Source of the DNA: a virus
Lineage: Duplodnaviria; Caudoviricetes
Virus record (IMG/VR): IMGVR_UViG_3300017716_001697
Location: 224,001-288,000 of that record
DNA: 64,000 nucleotides
Direction: 5' to 3' (one strand)
Part shown: piece after piece, positions 37,466 to 46,523 of the stretch
Numbering within the stretch: position 1 is the first letter of the stretch
Layout: each line of letters opens with the position of its first letter
Notes under the pieces: generated by a model
Databases searched by the model: none
What the model was told of the DNA's origin: nothing
What the model saw: only the letters and a program-made list of their open reading frames with translations
Program-made: the position numbers and the translations under genes

Positions 37466-38605
37466 ATGTCCCATATCCAAGTCAGCATTACAAAAGGCGT
37501 TTATCGTGGCAAAGTTATCAGCGGCGTGTATCCGTTGGTTAAGGGATTTGTTGATGGTGCCCGTGGCGGCTTTGTTACAATCAAGAACATCAATCACGAC
37601 GCAGGCACTCCAATGGTGCAACGTGTGCAAGTTGAAGCAGACGCATTCAAGCTGCTGGATGCCACAGGTGCAGACTTGCCAGCGCACATCGTTGTGCCGG
37701 GCGCAGTTGCAGCAGTAGATGCTCCAGAGACGGACTTCGAAGCAGTGTTCATGGAGTCTGAAACAGAAGACGAAGCTATGGAGCGTATTGCTTCTACGTT
37801 CGACATGCTGGATAAGATCACGGATGCGGCATCCAGCGGCATTGTGCGTGGACTCGTTGTTAGCGGCCCACCCGGCATTGGCAAAAGCTTTGGAGTTGAA
37901 AAGCAACTCGCAGCAGCTAACATGTTCCGCACGCTGGAAGGCAAGGATCCACTGTTCGAAGTTGTAAGCGGCGGCGTTAGCAGCATCGGGCTGTATCAGA
38001 AGCTGTACCACAACCGCTCTGCAAAGCAGGTGCTGGTGTTCGATGACTGCGACGGCGTGTTGTTTGAAGAAGAATGCCTTAACTTGCTGAAAGCTGCATT
38101 GAACAGCGGAGACAAGCGTCGCATTTGCTGGAACAAGGAATCGCGTGTATTGGCTGTCGAAGACATCCCTGAAGCGTTCGACTTCGAAGGCAGCATCTTG
38201 TTCTTGTCCAACATTGACTTTGATCGCAGCATTGCTAAGGGCTCGCGTATCGCTGCACACTTGTCAGCTATCATGTCACGCTGCCATTACTTGGACTTGG
38301 AGATTGGTAGCCTGCGTGACAAGCTGTTGCGTATCAAGCAGATCGTGCGCGATGGTATGTTGACACAGTTCGACTTCAGTGCACAGCAGGAAGCAGACAT
38401 TGTGGCTTTTACTACAGACAATGCAGAGTATCTGCGGGAAGTGTCACTGCGTATGGTTAAGAAGATCGCAGACTTCATGAAAGCGGACCCTGTGGGCTGG
38501 TATGAAATGGCGGAAGCTACGTGTTTGACTAAGGAAGCTAAGTTCAAGCGTCTGTTGCAACGTAAGCAGCAGGAAGCCGAGCGTCGCGGGATTGCACTAG
38601 CATAA
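37466..38605 (+). CDS. AAA+ ATPase with extra N-terminal domain
   Basis: Walker A GPPGIGKS, Walker B VLVFDDCD, sensor-1 LFLSN, Arg finger IMSRC. Confidence 0.9.
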   Translation: MSHIQVSITKGVYRGKVISGVYPLVKGFVDGARGGFVTIKNINHDAGTPMVQRVQVEADAFKLLDATGADLPAHIVVPGAVAAVDAPETDFEAVFMESETEDEAMERIASTFDMLDKITDAASSGIVRGLVVSGPPGIGKSFGVEKQLAAANMFRTLEGKDPLFEVVSGGVSSIGLYQKLYHNRSAKQVLVFDDCDGVLFEEECLNLLKAALNSGDKRRICWNKESRVLAVEDIPEAFDFEGSILFLSNIDFDRSIAKGSRIAAHLSAIMSRCHYLDLEIGSLRDKLLRIKQIVRDGMLTQFDFSAQQEADIVAFTTDNAEYLREVSLRMVKKIADFMKADPVGWYEMAEATCLTKEAKFKRLLQRKQQEAERRGIALA

Positions 38606-38620
38606 CGCATGCATGTACTA

Positions 38621-38650
38621 AATAATAGGCCCTTCGGGGCCTATTATTTT
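38621..38650 (+). terminator. strong, possibly bidirectional, intrinsic terminator
   Basis: AATAATAGGCCC-TTCG-GGGCCTATTATT-TT. Confidence 0.85.
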
Positions 38651-38711
38651 GATTGACACGGTAGATTGACAGTGTTATAATCTAAATGTTAGTAACAAAC
38701 CAGGAGTAATC

Positions 38712-40082
38712 ATGAAAGTTAGTCTTTTATCGGTAGTCCTTGTAGCATCTAGTATGCTACTTGGATGTGGTGGCGCTATGGAAGCCACTATCGTTGCAGC
38801 ACCGGAAGCTGTGACTCTTGCAGAAGCAGAAGAAGTGGGCGCGGAGCCATTTGGTAGTGTTGAAAGTACAGTGCTCTATATGACGCCTGCACAAGTTCGC
38901 ACACGATATGGATTCGACAGTTTGCCCAATACACCCGCTGCACAAGGCAGTGGCCAGCTGATTGCAATCATCAGCGCCTACAATAACCCGGACTTGGCTG
39001 CAAATTTGCAGGCATTCTCGGCCAAATACAACCTACCACAATGCACCACAGTGCCTACAGTATATACCCAGTTGCCTACAGGCTACACGGGGACGACTGT
39101 ATCGCATCCACCTACAGGCCGCGGGTGTACATTGCAAGTCATTAACGTGGATAGTTTTGGTCGGGTGACTAAGATGGTTCCACAAGGTGGGCCGGCAACA
39201 GCACCATGGATGATGGAATCCACTATGGACATTGAGTGGGCGCACGCAATTGCACCACAAGCAAGCATATTGGTAATTCAAGCACCCAGCATCTTTGTTG
39301 GTGCACTCGGTAATGCGGCAAAGTATGCAAGTAGCGTGGGAGCCGACGTTGTTTCAATGTCGTGGGGTGTCAATGAGACTTCACAACAATGTACACGCAA
39401 GCCCGGACAACCTACTGTGAAGTATGTTTCTACATGCGACGATGCGGCAACAGCAGCAAAATATTGGCAAACCGTGGACACTATGTTCGCTGGTTCGGCA
39501 ACATTTGTAGCGGCATCCGGCGACCGTGCAGTTCTACAGTGGCCATCCATTAGCCCTAAGGTAATGGCAGTCGGCGGCACGAATGCATATGGTCCAGCTG
39601 GCAAAGACACTGCATGGCCATTGTCAGGAGGCGGAGTTTCTAAATCGTTTCCTGCACCTAGTTGGCAAGCAAACCACATGAAGGCTGCAAACAGGAATGT
39701 ACCAGACGTATCACTTGTTGCTGGAACACCGGTGGCAGTCTACATCAAGCCAAATGCTAAGACTGGATTTGACGACTCAACTTGCGTAGCAGCGAAGGGT
39801 GAAAGTGGCTGTGGATGGTATGGTGGTGGTGGTACTAGTGCAGCGGCACCTATGTGGGCAGGCATTGTGGCAATCACTAATGCTATGCGTATTGCGGGCA
39901 GCATGAAGAGTACAGAGTTCGTTTCATCGTTATACACCAACGTCGCTAGTGTGCGCGGCACCTATGCATCTTCATTAGATGATGTTATAGTTGGAGCACA
40001 TGCTAATGAAGGATATGACATTTCGACAGGATTGGGTGTACCTAATGCCAACAACCTAATCAACTACATGGCATCACGATAG
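38712..40082 (+). CDS. lipoprotein S53 (sedolisin/kumamolisin-like) serine protease
   Basis: Lipobox LLG-C; ESTMDIEWAHAIAP (Glu/Asp), VVSMSWG, ASGD oxyanion Asp, GGTSAAAP nucleophile, GYD..TGLG.P Ca site. Confidence 0.88.
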   Translation: MKVSLLSVVLVASSMLLGCGGAMEATIVAAPEAVTLAEAEEVGAEPFGSVESTVLYMTPAQVRTRYGFDSLPNTPAAQGSGQLIAIISAYNNPDLAANLQAFSAKYNLPQCTTVPTVYTQLPTGYTGTTVSHPPTGRGCTLQVINVDSFGRVTKMVPQGGPATAPWMMESTMDIEWAHAIAPQASILVIQAPSIFVGALGNAAKYASSVGADVVSMSWGVNETSQQCTRKPGQPTVKYVSTCDDAATAAKYWQTVDTMFAGSATFVAASGDRAVLQWPSISPKVMAVGGTNAYGPAGKDTAWPLSGGGVSKSFPAPSWQANHMKAANRNVPDVSLVAGTPVAVYIKPNAKTGFDDSTCVAAKGESGCGWYGGGGTSAAAPMWAGIVAITNAMRIAGSMKSTEFVSSLYTNVASVRGTYASSLDDVIVGAHANEGYDISTGLGVPNANNLINYMASR

Positions 40083-40100
40083 TCTAAGCAACTATCTAAC

Positions 40101-40127
40101 AAGGGCGGTCTTCGGACCGCTTTTTCT
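40101..40127 (+). terminator. intrinsic terminator
   Basis: GCGGTC-TTCG-GACCGC-TTTTT. Confidence 0.85.
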
Positions 40128-40185
40128 TGACTATTCGTTGCGAGGCTGCTATAATGAATGCATAACTTAAACAGGAGACACATTT

Positions 40186-40431
40186 ATGTCATTCACAACC
40201 CTTACCTCTACCCAAAAGTCCTTCGTCGAGCAACATCTGCGAGGCACAGGTCGGGCATTGTCCGAAGCTCAAGCCCGCGAAACCTACGGCATCATGAATC
40301 TACGTGCTGTCGTTAGTTCAATGCGTGACTCGGGCTTAGTAGTACGCAAGCAAAAAAACACAGCTGGCCGTACTGCATATGCTATTAGCCGTAGAGACGT
40401 TGCAGGTGTTCAAAGCAAGATCTTTGCTTAA
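40186..40431 (+). CDS. winged helix-turn-helix protein
   Basis: HL...G..LS..QA...YGI.NL.A.VS.MR..G..V; own promoter and terminator. Confidence 0.75.
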   Translation: MSFTTLTSTQKSFVEQHLRGTGRALSEAQARETYGIMNLRAVVSSMRDSGLVVRKQKNTAGRTAYAISRRDVAGVQSKIFA

Positions 40432-40451
40432 CATCCAAAACGGGTAATAAG

Positions 40452-40477
40452 AAGCCACCTTAGGGTGGTTTTCTTTT
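40452..40477 (+). terminator. intrinsic terminator
   Basis: AAGCCACC-TTAG-GGTGGTTTT-CTTTT. Confidence 0.75.
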
Positions 40478-40611
40478 GGCTAAAATATCTGCAGAAATCT
40501 GTAGACAAGCAACTCTTCCTGCGTTATAATCAATACATGGACAGCAAGCAGTAACAAACAAGCAAGCTGCACATAAGTTAGTTTACTTTATTATCAACTT
40601 AGGAGTCTATT

Positions 40612-41061
40612 ATGACACAAGGTATCCGTGCTTTCACTATCGCTACTTTCAACGCAACCCTGCCACGTTTGGCTGAACTGGGCAACATCGCATTCCGTCG
40701 GGAAGTGATGGACCAGGCGATCATGGGTTTTGGTATCAGCGTTGCATCCGCTGCAACCCATTACAACCACGCACTGAAGACCGTGCGTGAAGCAAGCCCA
40801 GAAGCTGTGAAGGGCCTGGGTCGCCCCGAAGACAAGAAGGGCGGACGCAAGCCCATCCACTTGGTTGACGTGGTGAAGGCCAAGTCCGGCGATGTGGTTG
40901 CAACTGGTCTGAGCAAGGCTGCTGCTGAAGCAATGATTGCTGAAGCTGCTGCCAAGGGCAAGGTCAAGCTGGCTATCAAGGTAGTGGTTGACATGCCAGT
41001 CGCAGCTACCACTGAAGTGGCTACCACTGAAGCTGCACCTGCAGAAGCTGTTACTGCGTAA
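40612..41061 (+). CDS. Ala/Lys-rich putative DNA-binding protein, AATHYN-GLGR family
   Basis: FRREVM...GISVASAATHYNHALK...GLGRPEDKKGGRKP; strong codon bias. Confidence 0.88.
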   Translation: MTQGIRAFTIATFNATLPRLAELGNIAFRREVMDQAIMGFGISVASAATHYNHALKTVREASPEAVKGLGRPEDKKGGRKPIHLVDVVKAKSGDVVATGLSKAAAEAMIAEAAAKGKVKLAIKVVVDMPVAATTEVATTEAAPAEAVTA

Positions 41062-41077
41062 GCCGTAGCGGTAAGTA

Positions 41078-41232
41078 CAAACAAGGCTCCCAAGCCTTGT
41101 TTGGGAATTGTGCCTGTATACTGAAGTCGGTCGTGAACAGCCACTAGGAAGAGTGTATCGTAGCAGATACGCGAAGAAGACTAGGCGGACTGTCGGAGAA
41201 GGCAAGCAGATGGCAGCGCAATTCCCAAACAA
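41078..41232 (+). ncRNA. structured non-coding element upstream of the tRNA-like RNA
   Basis: 11-bp hairpin 41078-41103 mutually exclusive with 14-bp helix 41097-41110/41219-41232; inner hairpin GTGTATC/GATACGC. Confidence 0.55.
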
Positions 41233-41238
41233 AGTTTA

Positions 41239-41400
41239 GCCCCTTTAGTTCAGCGGTCTAGAACGTCAGGCGAGGTGTTGATATACTAGTCAATACGCAT
41301 CAATGACATTGGGATTAACATTGCAGTGATCGGCCGGTTGCTGTGGTGCCTAGTGTGGTAAAGCTTGAAGACACTGGTTCGAATCCAGGGTGGGGTACCA
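41239..41400 (+). tRNA. tRNA-like RNA with about 90-nt insertion replacing the anticodon loop
   Basis: Acceptor GCCCCTT/GTGGGGT-A-CCA; T8A9; D-arm GTTC-AGCGGTCTA-GAAC; anticodon stem TCAGGC/GCTTGA; T-arm CTGG-TTCGAAT-CCAG; encoded CCA ends 41400. Confidence 0.75.
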
Positions 41401-41438
41401 ATTGATAAATATGAACATACAGCTACACAGGAGTTCGT

Positions 41439-41660
41439 ATGTTACATATCATAGCAACTATCATAATCGGATTGATTTTCTGGCGTGCAGTCTTCTGGAC
41501 ACAAGAGAAATTGATGGTTTGGTTAGAAGAATCAGAGACAAAGGTCGTGGCAGGTAACGATAGAGTCCGAGAGTGTGCATGGTGGGCTGCAATTGGAGTT
41601 ATAGGTGTGTTTACAGTAGTGGCACACATGCTAACACAGTTGCTCATTTTTGCCTTATAA
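41439..41660 (+). CDS. two-TM membrane protein
   Basis: AGGAG RBS; hydrophobic helices. Confidence 0.75.
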   Translation: MLHIIATIIIGLIFWRAVFWTQEKLMVWLEESETKVVAGNDRVRECAWWAAIGVIGVFTVVAHMLTQLLIFAL

Positions 41661-41825
41661 ATCCACCTGATTTCGGTCTAAAAACAACTATACCAGACGA
41701 GTATAGTACACAAACATCTCACCTGAATTCACATAGCAAAATAACAAAGATAATTCTGAAAGATGGATTGACCTTTGTGCGTAAGTAATGTACACTATAC
41801 GCATATACACAAACAAGAGCCTAAC

Positions 41826-42062
41826 ATGCTTATTACGAAAACAATGGTGGAAACAGCGATGTGTCTACTTCCGCAAACTATCATTAACGCTTTCACCCGT
41901 AGTGGTTATTACGGTGAAATCATCCTTACTGCACAATTTAAGGGCATGACTACTACCGGTAAATTTGCGTACTGGGTAACATTCGGTGGCGACGATAACT
42001 GCGAGCCTGTTATGTGTTATGTATGTTTCAATGATGCAGGGGAATTTCTGGCAGACTATTGA
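41826..42062 (+). CDS. hypothetical protein
   Basis: Promoter TTGACC..TACACT; ATG 41826. Confidence 0.7.
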   Translation: MLITKTMVETAMCLLPQTIINAFTRSGYYGEIILTAQFKGMTTTGKFAYWVTFGGDDNCEPVMCYVCFNDAGEFLADY

Positions 42063-42112
42063 CAGGTTCCATCCTACACAGTATAATACATTAACGCAAC
42101 AAGGAGCACACA

Positions 42113-42505
42113 ATGCCCGCAAAACGTGATTTGTCAGACGTGTTAGCACAGTACATGGATGAGAACAAGATGCATTGTATGGAAGGCGTGCGGGGTGTTA
42201 ACGCCTTCGAGAAATTAGCACGCGCATTAGGCTACGACGGCAGCTGGAGCGCCAGCACATTGCACGCATTCCTGGAAGACAATTCTGGATGCATTGAAGC
42301 AATGATTGAATGGATTGGAAGCCGAAACAACCCGGATTGGAAGGCAGCTCTCGAATCCCAGATCTCGGATCCCGCCGCAGAGGAGCCCGAGAACGATGAC
42401 ACCTCGGAAGGGCCTGTGACTGACATCGACGGTGAACTCGAGGATGGGGAGATCGTTCTCGAGAATTTCGCAGGGAACACCCTGACTTTCAACAAGGCAC
42501 GATAA
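42113..42505 (+). CDS. hypothetical protein with acidic C-terminus
   Basis: Cassette RBS. Confidence 0.85.
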   Translation: MPAKRDLSDVLAQYMDENKMHCMEGVRGVNAFEKLARALGYDGSWSASTLHAFLEDNSGCIEAMIEWIGSRNNPDWKAALESQISDPAAEEPENDDTSEGPVTDIDGELEDGEIVLENFAGNTLTFNKAR

Positions 42506-42877
42506 CAGTAGACAACTGGTTCCAACTGCGTTATAATAGCACATCGCAACAAGGAGTACACAATGATTAAGTCTCAAAGTGATTCGGGCAAGTTTCGCAC
42601 AGCACTAAAGCGTGCAGGCTTTAATAATGATGGCCAAATCTTCAGCGACCCGCGCAAGAATACGCGCCGGTTGAAGATGTGGTTTGCTTCAGTTGTATTC
42701 GAATCCTCACCAAAGCAGCAACAGGTGCTGGAAAAATCCCTGAAGGAACTGTTCGGCGATCGCTACCTCACTGGGTACTTTATCCAACGCAGGTACTGGA
42801 CAGGCAACGGCAAGGCACTTTGCATCCGCCTGGCAAAGAAATAACAGTAGACAACTGGTTCCAACTGCGTTATAATT
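42503..42877 (+). repeat. identical cassette heads flanking one gene
   Basis: TAACAGTAGACAACTGGTTCCAACTGCGTTATAAT at about 42503 and 42842. Confidence 0.9.
42563..42844 (+). CDS. basic hypothetical protein
   Basis: Cassette RBS. Confidence 0.8.
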   Translation: MIKSQSDSGKFRTALKRAGFNNDGQIFSDPRKNTRRLKMWFASVVFESSPKQQQVLEKSLKELFGDRYLTGYFIQRRYWTGNGKALCIRLAKK

Positions 42878-43018
42878 AACGCTTAACAACAAGGAGTAGA
42901 TGATGAGTCAACGTAAGAACAAGCGCCGGATCTGTAACGCTGTCTGGGACATCAAGGTTGTCCCACAGTGGTTCAAGACAGGCTGCGGCCTCTAATCCCA
43001 CAACTACAGGAGTATAGC

Positions 43019-43222
43019 ATGACACTTGCAGCATCTGGCTACGCAACGAAGAAGGACCTCAAGGCTAGCGTTGGCAAGCCCTTGGGCTACAACGAGACAA
43101 GCTTGTTCGGTGCCGAGTACAAGCGGGACGGCGAGTTCTGCGTTGTGGGCCCCAGTGCAACCCAGCGTAAGTGGTTCGCAACTGTGAAGATGGTTGACGG
43201 CAAGATTGCGAAAGTTTCGTAA
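43019..43222 (+). CDS. hypothetical phage protein
   Basis: AGGAG RBS; Y.TKK.LK.SVGK.L.Y.ETS.FG.EY. Confidence 0.8.
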   Translation: MTLAASGYATKKDLKASVGKPLGYNETSLFGAEYKRDGEFCVVGPSATQRKWFATVKMVDGKIAKVS

Positions 43223-43287
43223 AGTGGATTGACAGGGACTAACCTCCCTGTTACAATATACACATCGCAACAGACAAAGGGACACAA

Positions 43288-43584
43288 ATGCAAGCAGGCA
43301 ATACATTGCAGGTTCGTGCAGCAATCAATGCAGCATTCGACGAACTGAAGCACCACAAGCGGCGCACATGGACTGACCAGGTTAAGTGGGGTCGATTTGA
43401 TGGACCCTCGCGTGTTGTCACATACCAGACAGTCTATGCATCCGAGATTGCTGCTGTAGCCCAAAAGAATTTGCAGCTGGCCGGATTCGACAATGAAGTC
43501 CGTGTTACTGATACTGATGCTTGCTTGCCAGGGCGGTGCGGGCCCGGTGGGCCATATATTCGAGTCAATACTTTTATAGCATAA
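43288..43584 (+). CDS. hypothetical protein
   Basis: Cassette. Confidence 0.8.
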   Translation: MQAGNTLQVRAAINAAFDELKHHKRRTWTDQVKWGRFDGPSRVVTYQTVYASEIAAVAQKNLQLAGFDNEVRVTDTDACLPGRCGPGGPYIRVNTFIA

Positions 43585-43644
43585 ATGGGTTGACAGGCCG
43601 GTTCCTGTGCGTTATAATAAACATATAGCAACAAAGGAAGTATT

Positions 43645-43947
43645 ATGTTACTTACAACGCACACTGTCAAGACTAACGTGTTCACACACGACAAGGCAAT
43701 CAAGCGGTTCGTAGCGGAGATGAGCGACCTGGGTCACATCAACTTCCTCCCACTGTACGACGATGCATGTGACGTAGGACTTGCGCTGGTTAGCTCAAAG
43801 ACCCTCGCTACTAGCCGCTGGCACTTGGTAGAGACATCCCGAGACAACGATCAAGACATCACTGCGTGGGTATTGCATCCCACAGCCGGTACACTGCGCT
43901 ATTTCCCCAAGCTGGCAGGTTATCAAATGTTTATTCTTAATGATTGA
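43645..43947 (+). CDS. hypothetical phage protein
   Basis: Cassette; Y.DACDVG..L.S. Confidence 0.8.
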   Translation: MLLTTHTVKTNVFTHDKAIKRFVAEMSDLGHINFLPLYDDACDVGLALVSSKTLATSRWHLVETSRDNDQDITAWVLHPTAGTLRYFPKLAGYQMFILND

Positions 43948-43997
43948 CTAGGTAGTCTTTCATTGTTATAATACATACAAGCAACAAAGGAATCAAC

Positions 43998-44216
43998 ATG
44001 CGTACAGAGATGGGCGAAGTGGTGCAACACGTTAACAAGAAGTGGAGCGTAAGCTTTACCACATACCGTGGTGTGCCGGGTAACGAGTACATTGCTAACA
44101 CCTGCACCAGTGCCCCTGTGTGGTCCACAGAAGACCTTGCGTACAACGCAGGGGAACGTGCACTGAACATCCTCGAAGCTACTGACAAGTGGCCCAACAT
44201 GTGTGAGGTGTGGTAA
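43998..44216 (+). CDS. hypothetical protein
   Basis: Cassette. Confidence 0.8.
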   Translation: MRTEMGEVVQHVNKKWSVSFTTYRGVPGNEYIANTCTSAPVWSTEDLAYNAGERALNILEATDKWPNMCEVW

Positions 44217-44364
44217 TGAAGGGGCTCTGTCTGTTCATTGCAGGTATTCAGATTGCGCAAACAGGGCATCCTGTATTTGGAATTATTTGCGTACTGATTG
44301 CTATACTGGGTTGACAATCGGTTCCAACTGCGCTATAATAAACACATAGCAACAAAGGAAGTAT

Positions 44365-44760
44365 ATGACACTGCTGAACGACATGCACACAGATTGGAAC
44401 GTTAAGGACAACGACACCCGGCCTGCTATTACTACATTGCACACAAGCGGGCAAGGATACTGGTCAGACATTGCTAAGCCTGTGGGTATTACAGAGCTCA
44501 AATTGGGCTATGTCAACGACGAAGCTACATTCGGAGAGCTGTGCGTACACTTTAACACAGACACGTGGCGCCCAGACCGCGACGGATTGATCTACACTGA
44601 CAAGGGATTCGATGTTGGGCTTAATGCGTATCTGGGAAGCCTCGGACTCCCCTTTGCAGACGTTGACTACAGCGAGCAAGGCATGCAAGGCGACAACTAT
44701 GTTAGCTTTGATGTAGGGGAAGAATTCCTTACTGCATGGTACGCAAAATATCCCAAATAA
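44365..44760 (+). CDS. hypothetical protein, paralogue of 5872
   Basis: GELCVHF...GLIYTD...YSEQGMQGDNYVSFDV. Confidence 0.85.
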   Translation: MTLLNDMHTDWNVKDNDTRPAITTLHTSGQGYWSDIAKPVGITELKLGYVNDEATFGELCVHFNTDTWRPDRDGLIYTDKGFDVGLNAYLGSLGLPFADVDYSEQGMQGDNYVSFDVGEEFLTAWYAKYPK

Positions 44761-44822
44761 AGGGATTGACAGGATGGTTCCTATGCGTTATAATACACGC
44801 ATAGGAACACAAAGGACACATC

Positions 44823-45119
44823 ATGCTTAATCCAATTATTACTGCAATCAGCGGCCAGGTTCGTCATCCCTTTGCAGGCGGTAAGAAGAAAGCGACTGTT
44901 ACTAAGAAGCACCGCAAGCTCATTTGGGAATGCATGCTGGGTACCGTGTATGCTGCAGACCCCACAGACAAGGGTAACACTGAGGGCAAGTACTTTGACT
45001 ACGACTACAGTGCCGCACACGCCCACGCTAAGGTAGCACAATGCACTGATCTGCGTATCTGCAAGCCACGTGGCTATCGCAAGGTTGCACTGTACGGAAT
45101 TCCACCTGCTGCGAAATAG
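44823..45119 (+). CDS. hypothetical protein
   Basis: Cassette. Confidence 0.75.
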   Translation: MLNPIITAISGQVRHPFAGGKKKATVTKKHRKLIWECMLGTVYAADPTDKGNTEGKYFDYDYSAAHAHAKVAQCTDLRICKPRGYRKVALYGIPPAAK

Positions 45120-45184
45120 TAGTAGACAGCGGAACCGGTTTGCGTTATAATCAATACATAGCAACAAACAGTAGAAAGCAGCAA

Positions 45185-46021
45185 ATGACTACACCGCAGC
45201 AACAAGTTTTGGATAAGTGCAAAGCAGTACTAGCAACTGCAAGTGCATTGTACAGCATGGATCTGTCCCATGTGTCAATCCGCTTCGATCTTAAAGGTCG
45301 TGCAGCAGGTATGGCATGCCAGCGTGGTGCACAAATGTACATGCGCTTCAACCGCGACATGCTTACACGTGAGGCATTCGACCACGTAATCAACAACACT
45401 GTGCCGCATGAAATTGCACACATTGTCTGCTTCAAGAACCCCTCGCTGGGTCGCGGACACGACAGCGGCTGGGAGCGTGTTTGTGTGAGGCTTGGCGGCA
45501 GTGGTGCTACACGGCACAAAGAAGATGTGGTGTACGGTAAGGGTACCACATACGAATACACAACCACAACGGGTCACAAGGTTCGGTTGTCTGAGCAGCG
45601 TCACAGGGGAATCCAAAGCGGCAATGCTATCCGTTGGAAACACGGTATGGGTATCACCAACCAGACATGTGCATACAGCATCGTCGGCATTCAAGGTCGC
45701 ACATTGGCAACACCAATTGTTAAGAAGGAAGCCAACCACCCTGCAGTAATCGAAGCAGCGGTCCGTGCACCAGTAGCACCCATTGTGCAGCAAGCACGCA
45801 CCAGTTTCACAATCGGCACAGCACCCGTGACACCCAAGCCAACGTTTGCTGCAGGTGTAAGCAAAGCGGCTGTGGCACGTGCGATCATGCTTGCAGGACG
45901 TACACAAGGGCAGACACATGACGCAATGATTGCAGCGATCATGCTTGCAACAGGGCATGACAGGCAGTTGGCACGTGCTACGTTTAAAGCCAACGCTGCC
46001 AAAGTGGGTATCACACTGTAA
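45185..46021 (+). CDS. SprT-like Zn metalloprotease with C-terminal helical domain
   Basis: L.GR.AG.A, TVPHEIAHIV (HExxH), GH..GW..VC..LG, Y.Y. Confidence 0.85.
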   Translation: MTTPQQQVLDKCKAVLATASALYSMDLSHVSIRFDLKGRAAGMACQRGAQMYMRFNRDMLTREAFDHVINNTVPHEIAHIVCFKNPSLGRGHDSGWERVCVRLGGSGATRHKEDVVYGKGTTYEYTTTTGHKVRLSEQRHRGIQSGNAIRWKHGMGITNQTCAYSIVGIQGRTLATPIVKKEANHPAVIEAAVRAPVAPIVQQARTSFTIGTAPVTPKPTFAAGVSKAAVARAIMLAGRTQGQTHDAMIAAIMLATGHDRQLARATFKANAAKVGITL

Positions 46022-46096
46022 ACAAGAATGCAAAATAAAGGGGCCATGTGCCCCTTTCCTGTGTTATAATCAATACATCGCAACAAGGAGTATAGC

Positions 46097-46306
46097 ATGC
46101 AATGGGACTTGGCAGGACTGCATATTGAAGCAACTTACCTTGAGCATGCTGTAGCGGGCAAGGTGGAGTCTAGTCGTGTAGCATACGGAGGACGTGTTAT
46201 GCACACGGTTGTGCTGGACAAACCATTGTTGTTTGTGTGGAGTACAGAGCCGCGTGCTCGCTGCATTGTAGAGCATCAAGAGGTCACTAAAGTAAGTTCT
46301 TCATAG
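46097..46306 (+). CDS. small SH3-like beta protein
   Basis: Cassette; G.V..SRV.YGG.V.H.V.LD.P. Confidence 0.75.
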   Translation: MQWDLAGLHIEATYLEHAVAGKVESSRVAYGGRVMHTVVLDKPLLFVWSTEPRARCIVEHQEVTKVSSS

Positions 46307-46313
46307 GTGCATT

Positions 46314-46517
46314 ATGTACATACTACGATTTCAATCACTTGTCAATAGCGGCCGTGGCTTCACATTCGATTGTGATAAGGATGGAGTAGTAGATGTAGAC
46401 AGCATGTCCGAGCAACTGTATAACAGCTATGTGGCAGTATGGCGTGCCGTGGGCATCGATTATGCTATGCCAATTATTGAACAGACTGGTTGTCCTTTGG
46501 AAGTAAATCGGGTATAA
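46314..46517 (+). CDS. hypothetical protein
   Basis: L.F.SL...GRG..F.CD..G.V.V. Confidence 0.75.
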   Translation: MYILRFQSLVNSGRGFTFDCDKDGVVDVDSMSEQLYNSYVAVWRAVGIDYAMPIIEQTGCPLEVNRV

Positions 46518-46523
46518 TACATT

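Noticed and set aside
37460-38260. Long minus-strand ORFs (37460-38260, 45275-46033, 53378-54010, 40594-41232 and others)
   Set aside because: They are antisense shadows of well-supported + strand genes, with no RBS and implausible composition.
41239-41400. tmRNA or group I intron-containing tRNA
   Set aside because: It has a D-stem, only about 90 nt of insert, no tag ORF or pseudoknot series, and is far too short for a group I/II intron.
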